Source of the DNA: an uncultured cyanobacterium
GTDB taxonomy: Bacteria; Cyanobacteriota; Cyanobacteriia; Cyanobacteriales; Nostocaceae
Assembly: GCA_963740315.1 (NCBI GenBank)
Contig: CAVUDP010000004.1
Span: forward strand, 704,001 to 768,000
Direction of reading: 5' to 3'
DNA: 64,000 bases
Shown here: positions 56,744-64,000 of the stretch, in pieces
Position numbering within the stretch: position 1 is the first letter of the stretch
Layout: each line of letters opens with the position of its first letter
Program-made: the position numbers and the translations under genes
The notes under the pieces: model-generated
Seen by the model: only the letters and a program-made list of their open reading frames with translations
Database searches by the model: none
Told to the model about the DNA's origin: nothing

Positions 56744-58960
56744 TTATTTGGCTAATAATCCATTAACATCTTTAGCACGTTCAATTAATGCTCTCCAAAT
56801 CTGCTGCTCCCCAAGGCGCTGTTCTATGTGACTAAATTCCGACCACACTTTATGACATTCTTTATGAAGCAAAATTCGCCATTCTAACTGTACCCCTTTA
56901 GCCCGAAGAACTCTATCTACAAATTCTTCTAACATAAAATAAGCATCAGCAGAAGGTTCGCAAAGTATTTGATTTAAAGCTATTTCGGACTTATCAACTG
57001 CTTCTTGATGTAGTTTTTGTAATGTATCTAAAATCAATTCTTCAATATTTAATTCCGAACTAACTTCTGATTCAATTTGATTGATTTGTTTTAGTAAAGC
57101 AAATTGGTTATTATCTGGCTTGAGTCGATCTAGATTATTTTGCCTTAAAAGCCGGATTACTTTTCCTGCATGAGAAACGTCAAACTGATAAAGCTTTTGA
57201 AAACCCAATTTTAGGTTATTAGCGCTATCCTCAAGAAGATTATAAATAATTTGGAGAAAATCTATTCCCTCAGAATTTGCGATTTCTCCCAAATGAGCTT
57301 TGAGAATTTTCACAACTAAACATTTTCGATTTTCCAGCCGTAGCTGCATTGCTTTATCCAAAGATAAAAAATGCCCTAAAAAATTAGTCCGGATTTCATG
57401 CAAAAAATCGTTGTAAGCAGTGTTGTAAGAGCCAAAAATATGACGGCGTTCTGCAATTTCAAGGCAGGTTGTAGGAATTCCCGTATTCGCTCGACATAGT
57501 TGAATTGCGTTTTGAACTTGTTCTGCAAATTCGCTGTCTAAGCTATCCCGATTAACTTTAAGCTCTGTTAATAAATTTTCTAAGTCATTCGTCAATTTAC
57601 CCCAAAACCGTTCAAAAAGTTGTTCAAATAATAAATCGCGATCGCCATGACTTGTTAAAGCACCAGTAGCTTTATCTAATTCAATATTAATATTTTGGCA
57701 AAGTGCGTTTAATTGTTTATGACAAGAACGCCCATATTCTCTTTCAATTGACTCTACATTCTCAATCAAATAATCAAGAATCGGCTCTAGAACTTCGGTA
57801 AAAGCCTCTTGAGAATCGGAACAATCAGCAACGATACACCGTGCTACTCGAATTGGTGTTTCTTTGAGTTGTGCTTGCAATTTTTGGCAGCGGTAGCTGT
57901 TATCACCACCTTCTACACCGTGTTTGCTGCGGTTGAGAATCATAAAAGAACCAGAAGCAAGGGGAAAATTTGCCAAAGCATTCCGAGCAATTTGATACAG
58001 CTTTAGATGTGCTTCTCCCCAAACAGCGTTGGCTTCCGGTCTGCGGACAAATAAAATAAAATCGGCTTCTTGAGAGAGAATATTCATTAATCGCTCTGCT
58101 TCGATTAAGTTCGTATCTCCCAAACCCGGTAAATCTAATAAGCAAATTTGACCAATATCCTGGTGAGGAAAAGAACAAGATATTTCTACTTCTTTAACTG
58201 CTAAATAGTTAACAATTTTATCGCCGTTTTCATCAACAGAATCCTGAGTTACATATTGTGGAATTTCCTCCTCAGTAATTTCTATCGGGGGAGATTCGAG
58301 TAAATGGCGATATTTGGCAATATTAGTATAATAATCCTTACGCAGATGTCCGTATCTAGCTTTGTCAAATTCGCTATCTTTCTTTTCTATTGGTAAACTG
58401 GGCGGAGGATTGCGAGCAAATTCTTCAACAGTGATAGGTTTTTTACCCAAACCCAAGGTTTCGTAATAAGGAGCAAGTACTTGTGAACCGAACTCCGATG
58501 ATGAATAGAAATGTACCTTAGCTACTGCTCGTGGCAATCTAGGTTGGTGAATAATTTTACTTAATGTACCAGTACAATATCCTTCGCCGCCATCGGGAAT
58601 TACTTGGCTACTAAGTCCGGTTAAACTTTGCAACAAACGACTTTTACCTTGTCGAGCATAACCAAGAACTGCAACGTTTATTGTCTTGCGAGTACAGCGA
58701 TACCGCAGTTTTTCCAATACATTTAAAAGGCGATCGATTTCATCAATTAATTCAAAATTAATTTCTCTCAAACGTTTAGCAGATGTAGCGTCAATGTTGT
58801 TAGCAAGAAACTCAGATTGGTACTGTTTTAAATTAACCAGCGCTAACATAAGAGCTTCCAGCTTTGCTTTATCGCGTTCGATTCGACTACCAAATCTTTG
58901 CCGGTGTTGAATAATTGCATTAATACGTTCGGTTCTATAGGTATCAATCTGGATTTTCAT
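56744..58960 (-). CDS. Dynamin-like P-loop GTPase
   Basis: G1 GYARQGKS, G2-like CTG, G3 LLDLPGLGD, G4-like ILNRS, and a long helical C-terminal stalk. Confidence 0.78.
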   Translation of the reverse strand: MKIQIDTYRTERINAIIQHRQRFGSRIERDKAKLEALMLALVNLKQYQSEFLANNIDATSAKRLREINFELIDEIDRLLNVLEKLRYRCTRKTINVAVLGYARQGKSRLLQSLTGLSSQVIPDGGEGYCTGTLSKIIHQPRLPRAVAKVHFYSSSEFGSQVLAPYYETLGLGKKPITVEEFARNPPPSLPIEKKDSEFDKARYGHLRKDYYTNIAKYRHLLESPPIEITEEEIPQYVTQDSVDENGDKIVNYLAVKEVEISCSFPHQDIGQICLLDLPGLGDTNLIEAERLMNILSQEADFILFVRRPEANAVWGEAHLKLYQIARNALANFPLASGSFMILNRSKHGVEGGDNSYRCQKLQAQLKETPIRVARCIVADCSDSQEAFTEVLEPILDYLIENVESIEREYGRSCHKQLNALCQNINIELDKATGALTSHGDRDLLFEQLFERFWGKLTNDLENLLTELKVNRDSLDSEFAEQVQNAIQLCRANTGIPTTCLEIAERRHIFGSYNTAYNDFLHEIRTNFLGHFLSLDKAMQLRLENRKCLVVKILKAHLGEIANSEGIDFLQIIYNLLEDSANNLKLGFQKLYQFDVSHAGKVIRLLRQNNLDRLKPDNNQFALLKQINQIESEVSSELNIEELILDTLQKLHQEAVDKSEIALNQILCEPSADAYFMLEEFVDRVLRAKGVQLEWRILLHKECHKVWSEFSHIEQRLGEQQIWRALIERAKDVNGLLAK

Positions 58961-59314
58961 ACGATGCAATTTTTGTAAAGATATTGCAAACAGTTATAGT
59001 CAAGAGGTGAATATCCTGAATGTCTAATGCTCGGGCTTTTGTAATGTTAGTTGATTTTTTTTGAGTCAGCCTACGATAAGGTATCGGCATTTTGTCAATA
59101 CGGCTTTTGGAATAACTGCGAAAAAAAAGTAATGCATAACGATATTGAAAAAAATCATCAACTTGATAACAATACTCATGGAATCGAACAAAAGCAGTAA
59201 AACACCTGACGTAATTCCACAAAGTGTCTATAAAGATGTCAATCGCAGGTTAGAAGCGATTATTGTCAAAATTCGGTAATCTAATGCTGATGCTTCAAAA
59301 TCGGGAAAAATGCT

Positions 59315-60028
59315 GTGGTTCCAATTAGAGACAATAATCCTATTTCCATCACACCTTATGTTACTTATGGACTAGTTGCCGTTAATGTTCTCGCTTTTCT
59401 TTACGAATCGACTTTACCGCCCCAGTATCTGAACGGCTTTCTTCAACTATTTGCTGTAGTACCGCGAGAATTAACCTCCAGTTTCGGCGGAATTGCCGTA
59501 AATCAACCTGTTCCCGAATGGTTGACTTTGATTACTGCCCAGTTTTTACATGGCGGTTTGCTGCATCTGGGCGGTAATATGTTGTTTTTATGGATTTTTG
59601 GTAACAACGTTGAAGAAAAATTAGGTCATATCAAGTATTTGATTTTTTATCTAGCTTGTGGTGTTTTAGCATCTTTGACTCAGTGGTATTTCTCCCAAGG
59701 TTCCGCAATTCCTTCTTTAGGTGCTAGTGGAGCGATCGCAGGTGTCATGGGAGCGTATATTATCCGTTTTCCCAAAGCAGAAGTTCTTGGTGTCGTACCC
59801 TTGGGCATCTTTTTCCCTACTTTTCGAGTTCCCGCTTACTTCTTTTTAGGATTTTGGTTTATTCAACAAGCTTTTTATGGTGTTTCTAGTTTGGGAATGC
59901 CTACTAATATTGGTATGGAAAGTGGTGGAATTGCTTATTGGGCGCACGCTGGCGGTTTTGTATTCGGAGCAATTCTCGGTCCCGTATTAGGTTTGTTTAG
60001 CGATAAATCCCCAGACGAATCTTGGTAA
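59315..60028 (+). CDS. Rhomboid intramembrane serine protease
   Basis: FLHGGLLHLGGNM, GASGA, YWAHAGG. Confidence 0.95.
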   Translation: MVPIRDNNPISITPYVTYGLVAVNVLAFLYESTLPPQYLNGFLQLFAVVPRELTSSFGGIAVNQPVPEWLTLITAQFLHGGLLHLGGNMLFLWIFGNNVEEKLGHIKYLIFYLACGVLASLTQWYFSQGSAIPSLGASGAIAGVMGAYIIRFPKAEVLGVVPLGIFFPTFRVPAYFFLGFWFIQQAFYGVSSLGMPTNIGMESGGIAYWAHAGGFVFGAILGPVLGLFSDKSPDESW

Positions 60029-60087
60029 TTACGAATTGGTTATTGGATTAGGAGTTAGGAGTTAAAAGTTAGGAAATTGAAATTTCT

Positions 60088-60228
60088 ACCCATCCCCCCG
60101 CTCGCCGCACGCTCCGCGTGAACGGGTTGCGCCACTTCTCTCAACGATCGTGTTCCTCCGCACGTTTTGGGCTTACCATCTCCCCATCTCCCCATCCCCC
60201 CATCCCCCCATCTCCCTGTTCCCATCCT
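60088..60228. repeat. CCCCAT(C/CT) repeats with an embedded GC-rich non-repetitive insert
   Basis: C-rich units flank 60100-60172. Confidence 0.6.
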
Positions 60229-60328
60229 ATATTTCATCAAACTATTCTTACGGATGAAATGCTCTATACTTCGCAGTTGCAAGCCCTACAGGTTATAGTG
60301 CAATTGTTAATTAAAATAGAAAACACCA

Positions 60329-61024
60329 GTGTTTCCCCTATACGACGAAAACCCAACGCGAATCACACCTTATATCACTTACGGATTGATTGGCATTAAT
60401 GTAGTAGTATTTCTTCACGAATTTACCTTGCCAGATGCACAATTAGAGCAGTTTTTCCAACTTTATGCAGTGGTACCGCAACAGTTAACTGCTAGTTTTG
60501 CTAGTGGAGCGATCGATCAACCAGTACCAGAATGGGCAACTTTATTTACATCGCAATTCTTACACGGCGGTTGGTGGCACCTAATTTCTAATATGGTGTT
60601 TCTCTGGGTTTTTGGTAACAATATTGAAGACCGTCTGGGTCATTTTAAATATATAATTTTTTACTTGGCTTGCGGTGCTTTAGCTGCCTTGTGTCAGTGG
60701 TTCATTGGTATGGATTCTGCTATCCCTTCATTGGGCGCTTCTGGGGCGATTTCCGGAGTTTTAGGTGCCTACCTTATCCGCTTCCCTCAAACTTTAGTCA
60801 GAACTTTTGTTTTTCTAGGTTTTTTTATAACTACTCTTAGAGTTCCAGCATGGGTACTAATAGGTGTTTATATTGTCCAAAATGTCATATCTGGCGTTAG
60901 TGCTTTACAAAGAGCCGCTAATATGACTATGGAAACAGGTGGAGTCGCTTATTGGGCGCACATTGGCGGTTTTGCATTTGGATTACTTTTAGGTCCCTTG
61001 CTTGGTTTATTTAATGATGATTAA
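60329..61024 (+). CDS. Rhomboid intramembrane serine protease (tandem paralog)
   Basis: FLHGGWWHLISNM, GASGA, YWAHIGG. Confidence 0.95.
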   Translation: MFPLYDENPTRITPYITYGLIGINVVVFLHEFTLPDAQLEQFFQLYAVVPQQLTASFASGAIDQPVPEWATLFTSQFLHGGWWHLISNMVFLWVFGNNIEDRLGHFKYIIFYLACGALAALCQWFIGMDSAIPSLGASGAISGVLGAYLIRFPQTLVRTFVFLGFFITTLRVPAWVLIGVYIVQNVISGVSALQRAANMTMETGGVAYWAHIGGFAFGLLLGPLLGLFNDD

Positions 61025-61064
61025 ATAGTTAGGAGTGAGGACCACCGGAGTTTTTTCAAAATCT

Positions 61065-61210
61065 CTCCCCATCCCCCCATCTCCCCATCCCCCCATCTCC
61101 CCATCTCCCCCGAACCCCATCCCCCCATCTCCCCATCTCCCCCGAACCCCATCTCCCCCGAACCCCATCCCCCCATCCCCTTGTCCCCTTGTCCCCTCTT
61201 CCCCCATCCT
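61065..61210 (-). repeat. Long G-rich (minus strand) octamer repeat tract
   Basis: CCCCATCT, CCCCCGAA and CCCCTTGT units between the convergent rhomboid and wzc genes. Confidence 0.9.
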
Positions 61211-63367
61211 TCAATTCCGATGAACTCCCGTCGAATACTCCTCCGGATGTATAACATCTGAATCTTCTTCAATATATGAAACTGGTTCTTCAAAATTTAA
61301 GTCAACATCGGCAGCGTTGATAACTGCTCCTAATAAACCCATATCAGATTCGACTAATTCATCAACGGCTTCACCCAATATATTTTCTTGGGTGTAATTT
61401 GGTCGAGTTACCATAATCATGCCATCGCTGTAAGGATGAATTAGTAAAGCATCGTTTGATAAACCTAAAGGCGTTGTATCTAAAATTACTAGATCGTAAC
61501 GTTCTCTGGCATCTTCCATTAACCGCCGTAATTCACTCGATTCTAATACTGCGGCTGATTGTCGTAAAGGTCCGGGACTCGGTACTATGTATAAATTTTC
61601 TACATCTGGAACCATGCGGATGCATTCGCTGCTGCCATAGTAGCGTAGGGGTTCAACGCCCGCATCGGGGTCAGGATTTATATTTAACGATTCACAACGA
61701 GATGGCGATCGCAAATCTGTCTCGATAATTAAGGTGCGTTTTCCGGCACGAGCGGAGGCTATGCCTAAGTTATAAGCGCTTGTGGTTTTACCCTCTCTAC
61801 TACCCGTACTAGTAATTAATACTACTTTTACTTTTTTACCGCCAACGCGACGCAGGTTAGAACGGAATTTTTCTAAAAACTCCATGTAAGGAGACTCGGC
61901 ACTAAGTACTACCGGAACGAGTAAATCGGTGTCTAAAACATGCATTATGGGCAATTCTGCAAGTACCAAAACTTCTCGCTGCTTGAGAGCATTGCGAATA
62001 TCTTCTTTTGTTTTGAAAGTACCTTCGAGAGAACCTAACAAGAAGATTACACCGCCACCAATTAATAGCCCTAAGAAACCACCGATACCTAAAGTTACGG
62101 GTACGCTTTGAGCGGATGATTTTACTTTCTCAACTGCTATTCCTTGCAAAGGAGCTAAAGTACTTACTGTTTCTGCTTCTGCGGTTCTAGCATCGGCTAA
62201 TTTTGCTTGCATCTGATCGTAGACAAGCTTTTTTAACCCTACCTGCTGCACTAAGCGCGATCGCTCTAATTGCTTGTTGGGTATGCCAGCGTATTCTCGC
62301 TGTAATCGGCTTTGTTCTTGCACTAAATCAATGAGTTGTCTTTGCAAAGTTTCTCGCTGAGTTTGTAAAGCTACTAATTGATTCGCAAGCTGCTGTCGTG
62401 CGGGGTCTAAATTACTTTTGGCGCGGACACCGGAAACACTAGGCAGAGGAGCAGTTGCACCCACACCACCAATTACTTCATTTGCCCGTTCTTGCAGTAG
62501 TTTTTCGTAAGCATCTTTTTGACGCTGCAACTGAATCATGTCCGGATAATCGGCACGCACGTCTTTTCTGAGAATCTCCATCTGGGATTCAACTTGATAA
62601 AGTTGGTTGCGTAAATTGGCAATAATTGGATCGGCGCTTAAAGCAGAAGAAGTATATGCTTGTTGAGCGCTCAAGCCTAACCTTCGTTGCAAACTACGAA
62701 TCTGGGCATCAATACCAGAAACAGTCAGTTTGATTTGCCTTTGTTGATTTTGACTACCCGTGATAGTTTGGAGCAAACTACCATTTTCAGCAGCTAAAAT
62801 TGCCGGACGTTCTATGCGATCGTATTGTTCGAGTTTCTTTTCAGCTTGTTCTAATTCAGTCGTAACTTTTGGTAATCTTTCCTGGATTTTGTCAATGATT
62901 GCCTGTAATCGCCCGCTATTAATATCACCGCTGAGCTTTATCATTTCTTGCATTAAGGCAACCATTGTTTGTTGCGCTCTTTTTTCTTCGGTGTCTTGAT
63001 ATTTAATACTAATAATACCAGCAGGCTGACCATCTTCGCCTACTTCAGGTACGCTAACATCAAGATTTTTATTAATCTTTTCTGGTTTTTCATTGACTTT
63101 TTCCGCAACAGCTTCAAGTACTATTTTTTGTTTTAAAAGGTCTTCCGACAGTGCCAAACCTTGTTGCTGAATTTCACTACCAGTTGCAGAAAAACTAACT
63201 GGTGGACGGGTATAACGTAAGGCTCCAGTGGCAATAAATTTAGCAGGTGGTTCTGGTTGTACGGCTAAGTAAGTTGACCCCGTAACAACTAAACCAAAAC
63301 TGGCTAATCCAATCCATTTGTATTTATCGAAAGCAATTAGATAGCGCTTAACAATTGGTGGAGTCAT
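61211..63367 (-). CDS. Wzc/GumC-type polysaccharide co-polymerase with kinase-like domain
   Basis: Two TM segments flanking a coiled-coil region; ITSTGSREGKTT, IETDLRSP, ILDTTP. Confidence 0.88.
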   Translation of the reverse strand: MTPPIVKRYLIAFDKYKWIGLASFGLVVTGSTYLAVQPEPPAKFIATGALRYTRPPVSFSATGSEIQQQGLALSEDLLKQKIVLEAVAEKVNEKPEKINKNLDVSVPEVGEDGQPAGIISIKYQDTEEKRAQQTMVALMQEMIKLSGDINSGRLQAIIDKIQERLPKVTTELEQAEKKLEQYDRIERPAILAAENGSLLQTITGSQNQQRQIKLTVSGIDAQIRSLQRRLGLSAQQAYTSSALSADPIIANLRNQLYQVESQMEILRKDVRADYPDMIQLQRQKDAYEKLLQERANEVIGGVGATAPLPSVSGVRAKSNLDPARQQLANQLVALQTQRETLQRQLIDLVQEQSRLQREYAGIPNKQLERSRLVQQVGLKKLVYDQMQAKLADARTAEAETVSTLAPLQGIAVEKVKSSAQSVPVTLGIGGFLGLLIGGGVIFLLGSLEGTFKTKEDIRNALKQREVLVLAELPIMHVLDTDLLVPVVLSAESPYMEFLEKFRSNLRRVGGKKVKVVLITSTGSREGKTTSAYNLGIASARAGKRTLIIETDLRSPSRCESLNINPDPDAGVEPLRYYGSSECIRMVPDVENLYIVPSPGPLRQSAAVLESSELRRLMEDARERYDLVILDTTPLGLSNDALLIHPYSDGMIMVTRPNYTQENILGEAVDELVESDMGLLGAVINAADVDLNFEEPVSYIEEDSDVIHPEEYSTGVHRN

Positions 63368-63430
63368 GGCAGTACATACAAACAGAATTGGTGGCGGACA
63401 TAGGTTATATGAGTTAATTTATATTGATAT

Positions 63431-64000
63431 CTAAAAAGTGAAGGCTTCAAAAAAGCGAATAAAAGACTGAACATCAAGGAAAGGTCTAGCAACATTTGAA
63501 AGAACGTTGGTAATTTTACCAATTAGATTTCGACCAACAACAATAACATCGTTGTCTTGCAACGGCACGTTTTGAGAAGCATCTCCTCTAAATACCTTTC
63601 TCGCATTTAGTTTCTGAGCAACTGCTCTACCTTGTTCCGGGTCATAGCGTACTAAGGCAATGTCCTTTAGATCCGAGCGATCGATGCTCACACTTCCCAA
63701 AGCATCAATAAAATTACTGCCGTTAGGTAAATTTTGGGTAATTATTCCCCCAGAAGCGTAATTTAATACACGAACTCTAATTAGTGGCTGCGCTAAAGAA
63801 GAACGCGCTACTACGTTGCGATCGTAACCGTCATCGATCGCAACTTCACGGCGCGGAATGATGATTGAATCGCCGTCTTGCAAACGTAATGACGGAAAGC
63901 TACTGCCATTCAATAAGGGAGTGTAGAAGTCAATATTTTGCGTGACTACCGAACCATCTATCAGCTTGCGACGTACTTGGATTTGTCGTAAATCCGCCGT
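63431..64000 (-). CDS. Wza-like polysaccharide export protein (SLBB domains), 5' end outside window
   Basis: Frame is open to the window edge (TADLRQIQVRR...); LQDGDSIIIP and LQDNDVIVV SLBB signatures; adjacent to wzc. Confidence 0.85.
   Translation of the reverse strand, partial: TADLRQIQVRRKLIDGSVVTQNIDFYTPLLNGSSFPSLRLQDGDSIIIPRREVAIDDGYDRNVVARSSLAQPLIRVRVLNYASGGIITQNLPNGSNFIDALGSVSIDRSDLKDIALVRYDPEQGRAVAQKLNARKVFRGDASQNVPLQDNDVIVVGRNLIGKITNVLSNVARPFLDVQSFIRFFEAFTF

Larger units (their letters stand above)
1..64000. repeat. HIP1 octamer GCGATCGC dispersed throughout
   Basis: Many copies in coding and intergenic DNA, for example 1483, 3962, 5711, 7152, 43498, 55580. Confidence 0.95.

Noticed and set aside
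58944..59222. 92-aa ORF upstream of the dynamin-like gene as a possible partner
   Set aside because: Non-ATG start, no recognisable motif, and it occupies the divergent promoter region.
60055..61293. Several Gly/Pro-rich ORFs (60055-60282, 60118-60399, 61007-61207, 61021-61293, 61035-61223)
   Set aside because: They arise from octamer repeat tracts and have no protein-like features.

Overview
Chromosomal window from a filamentous cyanobacterium, most likely Nostocales. This is inferred from abundant HIP1 octamers (GCGATCGC), heptamer/octamer tandem repeats, a complete hmpA-F chemotaxis-like motility locus and a TftA-like gene. Most of the window is core housekeeping: pseudouridine synthase, rodZ, malQ, queA, dnaG, tilS, ung, smpB, thiL, gap2, murC, murB, ybaB/ebfC, an LMW phosphatase, two rhomboids and wzc/wza. 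I found no tRNA, rRNA, CRISPR array or transposase. The most unusual signal is non-coding: at least five families of GTAG-anchored palindromic REP/REPIN-like elements. Between about 14.85 and 21.3 kb they separate consecutive accessory genes (VapBC-type toxin-antitoxin pair, secreted hypothetical, M3 peptidase, prolyl oligopeptidase, nucleoside deoxyribosyltransferase) like a cassette array, and in two genes in the window the GTAG supplies the stop codon. Other points of interest are a 50-bp tandem hairpin array inside a duplicated NUDIX 3' end, a candidate Yfr1-like sRNA at about 38.94-39.02 kb, a solitary dynamin-like GTPase, a pentapeptide-RidA fusion and an internally deleted TrkA/K+ channel pseudogene. 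All calls come from reading motifs by eye; no database search was run.
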